Shown: positions 49,770-63,222 of the stretch, piece after piece
How positions within the stretch are numbered: position 1 is the stretch's first letter
Layout of the letters: each line of letters opens with the position of its first letter
Origin: Phoronis australis
Lineage: Eukaryota > Animalia > Phoronida
Direction of reading: 5' to 3'
DNA length: 64,000 nucleotides
Assembly (NCBI GenBank): GCA_002633005.1
Contig: NMRA01000856.1
Location: 55,644 to 119,643, forward strand
Translations under genes and position numbers: made by a program
Notes under the pieces: generated by a model
What the model saw: only the letters and a program-made list of their open reading frames with translations
Databases searched by the model: none
What the model was told of the DNA's origin: nothing

Positions 49770-50415
49770 ACAAACATTTTTGGTCAGACGGCTAAATTCA
49801 TGATTTTAGCCTATTAAATCCCAGATGTGGTTTTCGGCGGTCATTCTCAATTGTTGGTCTGCCTCTTGACTGCACGGTACTATTAACTGTGTAAGCGTAA
49901 GGGTATCCCGGCACATGCGGTGGCATTCTCCATTTTGAGAGCCTCATGCCTTGCTGCAATGATACAAGGATCACTATCGCCTTCATGGATGCTCTAGTTT
50001 GTTTGGGCTTTACTTAATCGTACTTTCCCATAGGCCATTCCAATTCCAAGAAGCAAGACAATCTATTGGTCAGTTTTGTATGTCTTAGATTAGACTCTAG
50101 TTCATCAACATGGCAACATACAATGAAATAAGCTTTATAGACATCCTACGGATGGTGCAGGATGAGGGTACGCAATTGGGCACATACTCAGTCAGCAGCC
50201 CAGTGGGCATCGCTTAACTTCTGCAGAGAAACTAAGAACTTTCCCAATGTACGTGATCAAACCAAAAGGTTGAAAAAACGCCTGAATCCTTACAAATTGG
50301 GCATAAGGCATGTCATTCAAATTTTGATGGGCCACGGTAACCTAGCCTGATACAGACACGAGACTGGCCATATGGGGAGCACGACGATGTGTCCTTAGTG
50401 TGGAGCTCAGTGACT
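49770..50415 (+). mobile_element. Degenerate 3' fragment of an I/LOA/R1-group non-LTR retrotransposon (RNase H + zinc-knuckle region); duplicated at ~51830..52455
   Basis: IPAH (RNase H WxPxH-like) at ~49904, then W..CRETK.F...IQILMGHGNLA*YRHETGH..MCP*CG. Confidence 0.55.
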
Positions 50416-50935
50416 GTGATAGCCTTAAAGGCGAAGGCAACCTTTTTCCATGTCATTTTGAGCTAAAATAAGGTTGGTTGGTTATCCTAGACATATTTTC
50501 CACTTAATAACAGCTTTTCGTAATTTTATAGATTACTCGTCCGCTACTCCGGAAGTGACGTTTTAGGAGGCAAGCGTTTCCCGCCACTTGAATTTGCGTT
50601 GACTTTTTTTTGCGAATCTGTTCTATTCTACTTTTGTTTTGTGCTGTTTTTCAACAATTGTCGCCACCACTTTCCATCGGCGAGTATTCTGCGGCAAGAT
50701 AGGTTAGTAGAGAACTCAACTACGTTGGATTTAGGGAATTGTTTAGTGTGTTGTAAGCTGAAAATGGCTGGAGTCGGTGACCCGTATCACAGTGACAGTA
50801 GTGTGAGTGACGGAGACCTTTTTCACAGCAGTGGTGACGAGGAATTTTTTCACGGACATTCAGTGGGTGGGTACATGTTTGAGCCCGAGTATAACGAGGC
50901 AGAGTACGCACAGGCACAGGCAGCTGTTGAGAGAN

Positions 50936-51191
50936 TCACCAAACCTTGTATTTTCAAAAGTATTTCATGGAGTCTCTCCCTGGTTTCCGTAATGTCGTTG
51001 GCAGTTCTGTGAGCCTTAGCTACCATTGCTGCAATTTCAATGAGATCTGACACCCGAACACGCGTTCCCATTTCCCCACTTGTATCCACTATCTTAAAGT
51101 ACCTGTTCAAAACCAAAACCATTAATAAGGTAGCTGTTATAACTATAGTGAGTCTAACCCTTCGTGGCAGTGTGAACCTCGTTTTCCACAT
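50936..51191 (-). other. Second copy of the FKRP-like 5' end (truncated at N), probably the other haplotype
   Basis: MWKTRFTLPRRVRLTIV... is near-identical to the copy at 49125 (P>L and Q>R differences) and ends at the single N at 50935. Confidence 0.75.
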
Positions 51192-52465
51192 TTTCTCTCA
51201 GTGGTCCTATCTGAAAAGTAAAAAATAGTACTGCCAATCAAACTCAGAACAAAAAATAAAATGATGGCATTAATGCAAAGCAAAGTCTCGTAGTTGGTCT
51301 TGATAGCAGATCAGGTGCAATGCATTGTGGGATACTATGCAGTGATTGTCCACATTGCCTTTTCACTGTCATTCCACACTAAAATTGCTTTTACTTTTCA
51401 CAGAAAATGATTTAACGCTGAAATGAAAATGTTTCTGAATGTATTTTTTGCTTGATAAAGATTTCATTTGAGATTTTTATGTTATTTGGAATCATTTTGT
51501 ATCATTTTGTTAATATTTTAAAAAAAATTTGAAGAAATTAAATGAAAAGAAAATTAATATATTAAAACATTGAAGAGGCTTTAAAACTAAATTAAAATTG
51601 AATTGCACATTCTGAACTAATTCAAATAACATGAACAGAAATGAAATATAAACAATGTGTAAAATTTCAATGGAAACGATGGGCCACCACACAGCTACAC
51701 AACCAACTCGCTTGCAACTGCTTACTATAAAAGCTGCCCAATTGAAACAACTCGGGTATTTTTGCCGTGAGCCCCACATCATGCCTCGGAATGTTTCATA
51801 TCTGTGCAACTACAAACTCCCATTACAACAAACGTTTTTGGTCAGACGGCTAAATTCATGATTTTAGCCTATTAAATCCCAGATGTGGTTTTCGACGGTC
51901 ATTCTCAATTGTTGGTCTGCCTCTTGACTGCACGGTACTATTAACTGTGTAAGCGTAAGGGTATCCCGGCACATGCGGTGGCATTCTCCATTTTGAGAGC
52001 CACATGCCTTGCTGCAATGATACAAGGATCATTATCGCCTTCATGGATGCATTAGTTTGTTTGGGCTTTACTTAATCGTACTTTCCCATAGGCCATTCTA
52101 ATTCCAAGAAGCAAGACAATCTATTGGTCAGTTTTGTATGTCTTAGATTATACTCTAGTTCATCGACATGGCAACATACAATGAAATAAGCTTTACAGAC
52201 ATCCTACGGATGGTGCAGGATGAGGGTACGCAATTGGGCACATACTCAGTCAGCAGCCCAGTGGGCATCGCTTAACTTCTGCAGAGAAACTAAGAACTTT
52301 CCCAATGTACGTGATCAAACCAAAAGGTTGAAAAAACGCCTGAATCCTTACAAATTGGGCATAAGGCACGTCATTCAAATTTTGATGGGCCACGGTAACC
52401 TAGCCTGATACAGACACGAGACGATGTGTCCTTAGTGTGGAGCTCAGTGACTGTGACAGCCTTAA

Positions 52466-53184
52466 AAGCGAAGGCAACCTTTTCCATGTCATTTTGAGCT
52501 AAAATAAGACTGGTTGGTTATCCTAGACATATTTTCCACTTAATAACAGCTTTTCGTAATTTCATAGATTACTCGTCCGCTGCTCCGGAAGTGACGTTTT
52601 AGGAGGCAAGCGCTTCCCGCCACTTGAATTTGCGTTGACTTTTTTGCGAATCTGTTCTATTCTACTTTTGTTTTGTGCTGTTTTTCAACAATTGTCGCCA
52701 CCACTTTCCATCGGCGAGTATTCTGCGGCAAGATAGGTTAGTAGAGAAGTCAACTACGTTGGATTTAGGGAATTGTTTAGTGTGTTGTAAGCTGAAAATG
52801 GCTGGAGTCGGTGGCCCGTATCACAGTGACAGTAGTGTGAGTGACGGAGACCTTTTTCACAGCAGTGGTGACGAGGAATTTTTTCACGGACATTCAGTGG
52901 GTGGGTACATGTTTGAGCCCGAGTATAACGAGGCAGAGTACGCACAGGCACAGGCAGCTGTTGAGAGACTGAAACGAGGCGGCTACTGAGGACAGACGTG
53001 GTNAGTCAGACTATATGAAAAGAAATTGGCGCGAAATGCTTGCCTCCTAAAACGTCACTTCCGGAAGAGCGGACGAGTAATTAATAAAATTACGAAAAGC
53101 TGTAATTAAGTGGAAAATATGTCTAGGATAACCAACCAGCCTTATTTTAGCTCAAAATGACATGGAAAAAGGTTGCCTTCGCCT
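52466..53184. mobile_element. Kolobok-like element of the same family as 39635..40601 (left end also duplicated at 50429)
   Basis: ttaa|a(a/g)gcgaaggcaacctt ... aaggttgccttcgcct|ttaa; internal ORF ...SVGGYMFEPEYNEAEY; internal N at 53003. Confidence 0.8.
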
Positions 53185-55179
53185 TTAAAAATCAGGTAGA
53201 GTTTGCCCACTTTTTCTAGGTTAAAAAACAAGTGCAGATATGGAAATCGGAAGCAACAAGATATATAAGCGATGCATAAAAAATTACTAACATTGTTTAA
53301 GAGGAATTCATCGAGAAAAAGTCGAAGTTTAGACTAACATGTAATAACAATGTAACTTTGGTAGAAATATTACTACAGGAATTGAAAGCATTTATAATTT
53401 TAATATTAAAAAAGAATGCCACCCAAAAAAACTATCAATTTAGATCGATTAGATCAACTCCATAACAACTAGTTCAGTTCTTTCACCTAACACCTGACAG
53501 CAGACGGAGATGTTAAAATTAACCAATGACGCCACAGGTTCGATCGCAGCCTGTTCGGCAGTTCACAATACGCTGGCTGGTGTCAGCTTGTCGTTTGAAT
53601 TCATCGTTTTACTCAAATAAATCATCAAAATTCAACGTAAAACCCTTACAAACACATCGAGCTCTTGAACAAACGTGTTTTTTATTTCGCTGTTACGGAT
53701 TTATAGGTATTTGAACGTACCGTCGCCTACAAATTTCGGTAGACCAATTTACCAAGGTCGGTGGCGGTAGTTTGTGATCCGTTCAGTGTCAAATTCGAAT
53801 TATTTTTCCTTGAAATACATGCAGGAGAACAAACCTGTATGTTGTAATTTTAGACTTGCATTTTTTTCACTTCTACACACACAAAAATGCTTTTTATGCC
53901 CGGCCCTTTTTTTGGAACCCGATCAGGCCCGTCCCGGCCGTACTGAAGACATCAAGAATATAAACCAGCCAAATTTGGAAACTAAACTTCCAGCCTCGAA
54001 AAGACTATATACTAGTGAGCCAAAGAAATAATATGCACGTGATTATTTTGCTGAATTAATCACGAAACTCCAAATCTACTTACTCGTCGGGCGCCACGAA
54101 GTCAGGTTCCGTTTCCACAGAAGCGTCAGGGCAACAGTTGTACAGCAACAATGATTCGAATATTGTAAATTTAATATCTAAATAAAGATTCCCCTAACAT
54201 CTGACCGTAGGATATAAAATCGAGTGATTGTTTTTCAACAGCTTTCTGTCAGCAAACCGTTAAATTAGCATGCGGGTGCCCGGTCGGTCAACTAGCTTTA
54301 TTGCATCTGAAGCCGGTAACGCATTGATTTATTCATTCTGCTGGCTACTCAAAACCTTTACACCCATGAACACTCCAAAAGCATTACAAATTACATCGAG
54401 GCAAACTTTGACACTTTGTTTCAGTTTTATATATGCATTGGTTGGGGTTAGAAAAATTCATTTTGAAATAGAACGCACAATAATAAACGTCAACATGACA
54501 ACTTGCAATCCCGACTTAGACGAGTGCTCATCGGTCTTTTTTCCGGCATTCATCAGTGAAATCACTGTCGACGAAATTCCGGCCACAGACACAGAGATAC
54601 GGCCTCATACTTGTTATTAATGGAGTACTTTTCATTCGTCACTGCCGCGAGCCATTCCAGAAGCATTTCGGGCTCTTAAGGAAATCAAAAAAACCATGTA
54701 CCCACTTTCCTCGCAGCTTCATAGTTCGCACAAGTGGGAAGGATACACCACTTCTATAGCGGCACTCACTCTGCAGAAGAATCACTGACGTCGCTGCGTC
54801 GTTTACTCAGTCACCTTCCTCACAGGTTAACGCGACACCTCTCCACTAGGTAAGATCGACTGTAAACGAGGTGATGTGGATATAGACCGATTAAGACGGT
54901 AAAAAAGACTAATTAAATCTGGTGACATTCTCCTTTAACCACAAATAAATGCACCGATGCTAATTGTCAACGCATTTTATTGTCGGATTTCCGTAGAGAG
55001 CAATGTAAAATTTGAGTTGTTTACTCCACCTAGATGACGAAAATCCCAGGTTGCCAAACGAAGTTTGAGGTCTCCAGTACTGAAAATCTAGGGCGCCGAA
55101 ATGATTTCAATCCGTCGTGCAAAGTTCGTCGGCTAAAAAACAACCGGTCGAACAGCAGTAACGTCACCCATTTTCCTGT

Positions 55180-55630
55180 GCTTCAAGGAGGCGAAATCTC
55201 CGGAAAATTCGCGGTTTTTCGATGTAGCGCAAAGTCGTAAAATGTTTTGCGCCGGTTGACTAAAACTCAACTGTTAAAAGTCGATTTTTTTTCTTTTTCT
55301 CTACTGAGAGAGGGCCAGAGGACCTAGGCATGAAAGGGCATTGATTTTCAACGGTTGGTTTTCTGGCAATAGACGTTTCAAGTGAGGAGGCGGAATCTCC
55401 GGAAAATTCGCGGTTTTTTCGATGTAGGGCAAAGACATAAAATGTTTTGCGCCGATTGACGAAAACTCAACCTCTGAAAGTCGGGTTTTTTTCCTTTTCT
55501 CTACTAAGAGAGGGCCAGAGGACCTAGGAATGGAAGGGCATCGATTTTCAACGGTTGGTTTTCCGGCAATAGACTTTTCAAGTGAGGAGGCGGAATCTCC
55601 GGAAAATTCGCGGTTTTTCGGTGTAGGCAA
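55180..55630. repeat. Tandem repeat, ~200-bp unit, ~2.3 copies
   Basis: atctccggaaaattcgcgg at 55196, 55395 and 55595. Confidence 0.88.
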
Positions 55631-56312
55631 TTTCCCCCGTAAATGTCTAAATGTAGTACGTTCAGTCTCTGACTGAATTCCTCCCGCCGACGAACGAACA
55701 TAGAACGAGCTCATGATGGGCTGCTGGTGCAAATTTCACCGATCCAACCGATTTTTGTCGAGCAATTCCGACTTCTGTCTACTTACTTCCTGTAATTTAA
55801 GCGTGGTGATTTCACGAAATCAACGGAACAGTCGTGAATGAAAGATAATAAATCAGAGAAAACTGTCATTAATTTAAAGTTTCGAAGTCAACACGAACTT
55901 TGAAACAGATTTAGATGGAATTATTGTCTGACTTTGATACTCGCTCTAACGACTTCGTGGCGACTTGGTCGCCAAACACAATCTGAGGTCGCGTTGGCGA
56001 GCGTTGTATCACTATCAGTGCGAAACACTATGACATCACTTTCAGCCAACTTTTTAATCAGTTAACTAGCCAGAAGTTTTCTGTTGGGTGTCATGTCAAG
56101 GAAAACAACATTCAGATACATATTGCAAAAACTATGAAACTATTTTGTGGAAAGTTTCAAAAAACTTAAATTGCTCGATTTACAAATCTTTGAAACTTGG
56201 AACATTTTATGCACCTCCTGGCACATTATATGAAAGCAATGCAGCTTAATTTAGAGCCAAACATGGCATTACAGCAAATACGCTGAGGTCAAATAAACAC
56301 AACAAAATCAGG

Positions 56313-56387
56313 AGCCCCAACTGGGAATCGAACCACAGGTCTCTAGATTGCCGATCTAGTGCTCTCACCACTGAGCTACTGAGGACC
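56313..56387 (-). repeat. tRNA-derived sequence (SINE-like or tRNA pseudogene; nominal anticodon GGC)
   Basis: GGTCCTCAG TA GCTCAGTGGTGAGAGC A CTAGA TCGGCAA TCTAG ... GGTTCGATTCC has A and B boxes and a cloverleaf, but no U33 and a bulged T-stem. Confidence 0.7.
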
Positions 56388-59300
56388 CGATTTCTGAGTA
56401 ATTATTGTTTAAAGCCAACTGTTATGTCATACATCCCGTGAGCGGCGTTTTGCCTTTTTCACACGAGATTTGGACAGTTGGCATTACAGCATTTCATACA
56501 CACCAACGCAATTGCAAAAATGATCATGTCAAAATAAAATAGTTATAATCTGGCGAGCAAAATAGCACCTGCCCAGTCAAATAAATGAGCTTGGAGAAAC
56601 AATGGGTGCAGCTTAATATATCCACGCTTAATGAATCCACGTTTAATAAGAACCAGCACGTTTTTATTCAAACTACGTGGAACCTGTAGAATCACGATTG
56701 ACATCAGTCGAATCATAAATATCCAAACGAACGTGCTTGGAGTAATGGTGGATTGATAAAGCAGTGTGCAATATGTAAGCAAATCTTCAGCCAAACAAAC
56801 GGACGCCATGGTGTTACAAATGTGGCAAAACACTGCACAGACTAATGAAGTTCCATACAAATAAAATTGCACTGCAACTTTCAATTCCACCAGCACTATC
56901 CCCGTCACAATTATCACCTATTCTCAGTACCTGTTTAAAGTGATATATATTTATTGAAGAATACATAGAACATACAAAAATAATGACAAACCCAGTGATC
57001 GCGAAGCATTATATCTGGGTTGTTAGAAATTCATAAATGAAACTAATATTCATAGAGGTATGTACATTTAAGTAGTATCTAATATAAGTATTCCAATACT
57101 TAGATATGCTATTATGAATGTATCAAAAAGCTATTGCACTCGTAGAACCTTGATTCAAATGAGACAAATTCGCCACATCTTAACCACTCTTTCTTTCAAC
57201 GTAAGACTGGTTGTACCACGATGGTGAGTTGGTCTTGTTGTTCATCACAGTTATCTAAATATGTTAAGATGAACAGCTATTGTTGCAGCTGCGACACACT
57301 CTGAACAGCGTTAATAGCTTGTAAAGTTGGATTTTAACTCTTAGTTTTGAAAGCATGCCATATGAAATGAAACGGGGATTTTCTTCACAACTGAATGCGC
57401 CACAATTTAACCAAACTAAATTAAAAATATGTTTCGTGCCTGTGAATACACAGACAACTTTAAATTAAAACAGCAAACTAATTGCCAAAGCTTTGCAATT
57501 GAACAGCAGAGGCAAAACCCATGAAATTTAGTGATGAGAAGTTACTGTTGTTGAAAAATGATTTTGATGTCAACGAACAACCCAAGAAAAAATTCCATGC
57601 CAAGAGACCACGTGACCGTACATAATCCGACGATGTCAATCCGCTGTGCTCCTGCAATACTCAGCTGTTGTGTCCACAAGGCCAATTGTACATTGTCTTC
57701 TGTTGTAAAACGTGGAAGAGGCAAAAGAAATTCAACCTCATTGTCACGATAATATGATTGTCATAGGTGAGACATTGTTGAACGCTTAGCCATTATGCAC
57801 CTACCTAGTATCGACGTTATCTCTTTGACAGAACAATGCATATGGATGGTCACGTGGTATCCGGACATGAAAAAACTCGGTCCTTCCCTATTAAATTTTT
57901 TGTCTAGGCGTGATAAATTTTGACCTTGATTTTTTTTTTTTGGTCTTGCTGAGTGAAAACAATGTTTTGATCCGTTTTTAAATTTCGCAGAAAATATGAG
58001 TAATTTTTTCCGTTTTGGCTTTCCATAGGATAGACTACCCATATAATTTCACCAAACCGAACTAGTTCATTAACCTCCGTCAGCAAAAGTTACATAACCA
58101 CAGACGTAGTCTTGCCTCGTTCGAACTGCTCCATCCTGCAGCACAGGTAGGCCTGACAGGCGGCGTAGGCGGCGCTCGTGACCAGGCTACCCCGGAGGCC
58201 AACTCTCGTCCATCATTCAAGTTTACAAAAATCTCCCAGTGGCCGAGCTCATCAACAGCCTGTGCTATTGCGCCGTCTTTGAAATTTGCAGTAATATTAG
58301 TTGCACACCCGGCGTTCATTGAGTGCTTCAGTGGGCGGAGGCCCTTCACCAACTCAAGCAGAGTTTCTGCAGGCAACCGTGGGAATTTGGACTATCTCCT
58401 AAAACCGATCTGCACATGCCTTGAAAATAGAGTTTACAGACCTTGTTACACAGCCCAAGGCGACAGCGGTGCCTTACCCCAGCCAATTTGCTACTCAGTT
58501 TCTGGTGGCAACCGTAAAAGAAAATCTATCGGGAATTTGGACTCTGTGAAAAAAATGATCTGTACATGACATGAGAACAGCGATAATCGAGTTAACTGAG
58601 AGTTAAAAAGTGTTAAATGAGTGTTGCTCCTGTAATTATTTCCATCAGATTAGGTATATTGCATTGGAATCACAAAGTGTAAATGCGCTGTCTGCAGGTG
58701 ACTGATCTGGATATAAACGCAACTTATAAGTCATGGTGGGGAGTATTTTGTGTGAGTAGTGCTGTTGTTTCAATCACTGACTGATGAACATGATCAGAGG
58801 GTTATTTCCAGTTAGGTCTATGGTCCATCGACAATGAATTCAGCAGATTATGCAAAGTCTTGAATAATGAAACATCAATCTCTTGCTTAGCAATTATGAA
58901 ATGTTCTCGTTATTGTAGCCCCTCCACGGGTAGATCACAAATTTTGCAGTCGACTTACCTAAACAACTGGTTGTATTTAAGCTGTCGGGATCCTGAATTG
59001 ACCTAGAAGCGTCACCCTCTTTTCCTTAAAAAAACAAGTCGGTCATTCATCAACTCTTATCACCTTCTGATTACAGACATCACACGGAACGATCACCTGA
59101 AAGGCTACTCTATGTTATCTCCCGGGAGTTAAGCAGGCAGGCAGGAAACTTGTGCTCAGGCTCAGAGTACTAGTAAACTTGATACACGAATCTATCTCGA
59201 CCGTTGAATTTCTCCTCAATATACCGACGTGATCTGTTTTCTGGGCAGACGATACCACTAACCCGGTCAAGCCTTTTCCCACGCAGTGGAACCGAAACTA

Positions 59301-59929
59301 GCGAAGCATTGACGCAAACTGGGTACGTTCCTGTTTAGCTTCGGTAGTTAAACAGGCAACGGAGTTATCGGTAGGTGACGCTATCGTTATCGAAGTTATG
59401 ATGGCAAATAAGGTAGGCACTAGGTGGCGTAATTTACACAATCTTTTTTATTGCTGCAGCAGCCGACTGGTGTCCAAAACTTCATTGGACAAGGAAGTTG
59501 AGCGTCAGCGCTTCGCTGTTTAGTCCACCTGCTTTCTGCTTAAGTAAACGTGACCTGTTAACACGACCTAAAACACTTCGTGGGTTCGTCAGATCCCCGG
59601 CCGTGTTTCACGACTTACTTAGGCTGCTCAATAATCAAACTTTCTATAACATTGACCGGGAACTGCTGGCACGGTTGCGTTCGTAATCGGTTGATTGAGC
59701 TGTTGCCTGTGCATATTGTTTTGTAAATTATTAAAACTGAGAGTTTAATGACACTATCGATAACTTTTTGAACTCTACTTCTTAAAAGTTCGTGTTCAAG
59801 CTACTTGTTAAAACCACTAGATCACCTTCTATTTTATTCGTCGGCGTTATGCGATGAGGAGTCAACTCCGTCAGTCTCTGGCAGTATCCTGATTGACCAT
59901 GGACCCGATATTCTATCCGATTTAAAATA

Positions 59930-62900
59930 CACCAAAGGTCTCCGTATTGGGCACCCAAATAACTGGCCAAATTGATGAACTGCGTTTTATTATGAGTCAA
60001 AAACCCATCGATATTCTTTGCTTGAATGAAACACTGTTCTCTTCTGTCATCTATGATTCTGAAATCGCCATTGACGGCTTTGAATTGAATAGGAACGACC
60101 GTAACAGGAGAGGTGGCGGTGTTGCCATCTACTACGCGAAAGAAGGATCAACTGACTAGCCGTCAGCTCCACAACCATGACGACTATGTGGAATCGCTCT
60201 GGGTTGAGATTGGCATCCCTAAATCGAAGAACTTAATTATTGGATCAGTCTACACAGCACCCTCTGCGAACGCAGAGTACACAGAAAAATTGACTGAACA
60301 TTTAAAAAGTATTGTTCATAATCAGGCTCATACTAGCAAAGATTTTATTGTTACTGGTGATTTTAATTATGATGCATTGTGTAAGAAGACAGTGAGTAAA
60401 ATTAGGGCATGGGAACGAGAGTTGGGTATGCAGAATATTATTAACGTGCCCACAAGGGTTACCGACAAAACTTCCACATGCCTTGATCTTATTCTTGACA
60501 AAGTTTTTAAGTTTGATAGAATACCCATTGGGATTAGTGATCATAATCTTGTATTCATAGCGTATAAGACTTGTCGCCCTAGATTTCCGCCACGTATCAT
60601 TACCAAGCGGTCATATCGCACCTTCGATAAAGGAAGACTTTCTCAGAGAACTACTGGCGATTGATTGGGGCGCCGTTACCACCGCTGTTGACCTCGATGC
60701 CGCTTGGACGATTTTCAAGCAAAGTTTCATTGGAGTAATTAATAATCATGTCCCCGTAATCCAACTGAAATTAAAGGGCAAATCACCGGAGTGGTATAAT
60801 GATAATCTCATATCTCTCTCTCACAAGGAAGACTACCTGAAGCGAACAGCTCAGCGTACTCGAAATTCATCTGACTGGGGTATCTATAAGAAAGCTAGAA
60901 ATAAGGTAAACAATGCTCTTAAGGTAGGTGGATACACAAAAAAAATATTTTTGACTGTTTTTTACATTTTTATGTCATCCTAATCTTTAATTCTTGATGC
61001 ACAGTATACTGAAGAAAAATAAAATCATTCTGAAAATCCAAAGTTGTTTTTTTAGCTATATTTGACCAAGCCTCAGTAAGTCGTATGGCTTGAGTGCTCA
61101 CCAGCTCAGTGATTGACAACTGGGGCGGAGCTTATATACAAGGACACTAGCTCTAGTCTAACCCTGTCAACAAGCATTGCGTAACCAGGCAATCGAGAGT
61201 GCTGTACCAGCTGATATTGGTGTTGTAGCCAGACCAAGAATAAAATAATTCTTATTTTTGACCATGTGAAAGTTGGTAGTGAAATGGTGAACTAGCTCCT
61301 GTTCCGAGCCTGAGCCCGTTTGTGTATCTGCAAAGTACGCCAAGTCCTACCGAAGCCATCACTGCACTCAGCTTGAGGAGTCAGTGCAGAAATTGTGCAT
61401 GTAAAAGAGAAGTCGGTAATATGAAGTAAGGTGTCTTGCGAGAGGACGCTGAGCATCGACGTAGGTGGTGTTGCACGATTCGGTGAGAGTGCATGCACGC
61501 GCTGTGAAGACAAGCCGCGCGCGCGACACATTGACAACTACATGCCGTCAGAGTAGAGTCTTCGCAGATAAACCGTGCTTCTGTGCTGGGAACGCGCCGT
61601 GGAGAAACTAGGCTGTCAAACCCAGAGGATTTTTTAACTTGCCAATGGCCGTAACCCAAAGAATTAGAGAAATGACCCAGTGTTCAACATAACAAAAAAT
61701 TTTCTAGTGCATAGATTCAAACGTAACCCTGAATTAAAACTCATGATATTATACGATTTTAGAGGAAAGCAATATAAGAAACTTTAGTAACTTGAGAATC
61801 TCACCCAAGCGGCGCTATTTGCGCAGAAAGTGATATTTTCTTATCCCAAAGTCCATTCGGTACAGGCACGTAAAAATGTTGAACCATTACTATGAAAGTA
61901 GTTCTTTATCCTCGTCGCCAATATTGTTATGTAGGCAGTAACGCGGCGATTTGATATAACACATATATTGGTTGATGATAATATTGGAATACTAACAAAT
62001 AGGTCTGTGTAATATAGTTAGAGAGTCTTTTACAAACTGAGTGGAGAGTTCAGATGAATCGTATAAACAATCAACACATGGTGGTCGGCACACCAGTACA
62101 GCAGACAATAGATCAACGCTAAGCTCCGCCCACGTGACAGCCATATTTGTTTTGGTCGTCTGTCGTGCTTCACAAGTTCGAAAAAATGATTAAAATTACG
62201 CTGTAAACAAACAGGTATGTCACATTTTCTAAATATGAAGTAAATATCAGCTTTATTTCTAGTACTTCAACAAAAATTGGAACATAATGACCACGCATTC
62301 TGAACGAAATTTGATCTCAAGTGGCAATCGATGACCGCTTAACTTCAAAGCCGTTTTTCTCGGCTCGTGATTTCAGGATAGTGACAAGATTCTCGGGCCT
62401 ATTTTTCCACAACACGTGGGTCAATTTTTACGAAAGTTGCAAATTTGAAATCCTCTAGGACTGAAGTAAAATCGCGTGCCAGGGTTTTTTGATAAATGGA
62501 CCAGATTTTTAGTTATGAGACGGAAAGTGACCAAATGACAAAAAGTGGCGTGCTTGCCCCAACTCACACACAAAAAATGCCACAAAATCAAGATCATAAT
62601 GATTTTGTACATATATTTGGTATGGATCAGTAGAATATTGCGTAAGGAAACAGTTGATGATGATCCCAGTGCATTTTGAAAAAAAGTTCGAGGTAAAATT
62701 GGATTTTTTGAAAATTAAAAAATACGATTTTTAAAAAAAACGAACTACATAAAAAACTTTTTTTTTCGATTTTTGTCACTTTCAGAGTCATGTCTAACTA
62801 GTTAAAACTCCCTTTTTACTCATTTTAGTTAGGAACCTGGAGATTTGATCAGTGTATACACCTACCTTAAACGGGCCAAGGTTGAGTATTACCACCAAAT

Positions 62901-63222
62901 TATCAATGAAAACAAATCTAACGGAATAACTCTCTGGAAAATCATAAAATTAATTTTACCTAACAAGTCCGAGTCTGTCGCAAGTGAATTTCTAATTGGT
63001 TACGATGTTGTTTCGGACAAAAGTAAAATAGCAAATGCATTTAATGACTTTTTTACTGGCATTGGCCAAAAACTTGCTGAAAAATTCAGTCAACTATTGA
63101 GCTCCCGCCCGAGATCGGGAGAGAATATCATTTAAGTTTCAAGACATTAAAGTCGACTACGTCCGAAAACAAATAACAACTCTGAACTCTAGTAGTGCCA
63201 GTGGCATCGATAGCATTACCAA
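59930..63222 (+). mobile_element. CR1/L2/Jockey-group LINE ORF2 (APE endonuclease + linker), frameshifted, interrupted and 3'-truncated
   Basis: ILCLNET, RNDRNRRGGGVAIY, IIGSVY, GDFN, PTRVT and SDHNLVF motifs; resumes after the insertion as KRAKVEYY...LWKIIK...IANAFNDFFTGIG. Confidence 0.92.
60923..62866. mobile_element. Non-autonomous Kolobok-type DNA transposon inserted in the LINE
   Basis: TTAA duplicated at 60919-60922 and 62867-62870; 15-bp TIR ggtaggtg(g/t)atacac; removing it restores the LINE frame NNAL-KRAK. Confidence 0.9.

Larger units (their letters stand above)
48870..52968. repeat. Near-identical direct duplication 48870..50934 / 50936..52968
   Basis: Separated by a single N; scattered SNPs and small indels. 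Confidence 0.92.

Noticed and set aside
53500-55800. Candidate promoter / 5' UTR exon of the FKRP-like gene (e.g. - strand donor gtaagt at ~55786)
   Set aside because: Several candidates and no way to choose without transcript data.
56313-56387. Functional tRNA-Ala(GGC)
   Set aside because: Lacks U33, has a bulged T-stem and imperfect acceptor stem, and the GGC anticodon is atypical for eukaryotes; treated as a tRNA-derived repeat.
58780-58800. CTGATGA as a hammerhead ribozyme core (also at 16461 and 43422)
   Set aside because: No flanking stems with a properly placed GAAA were visible.
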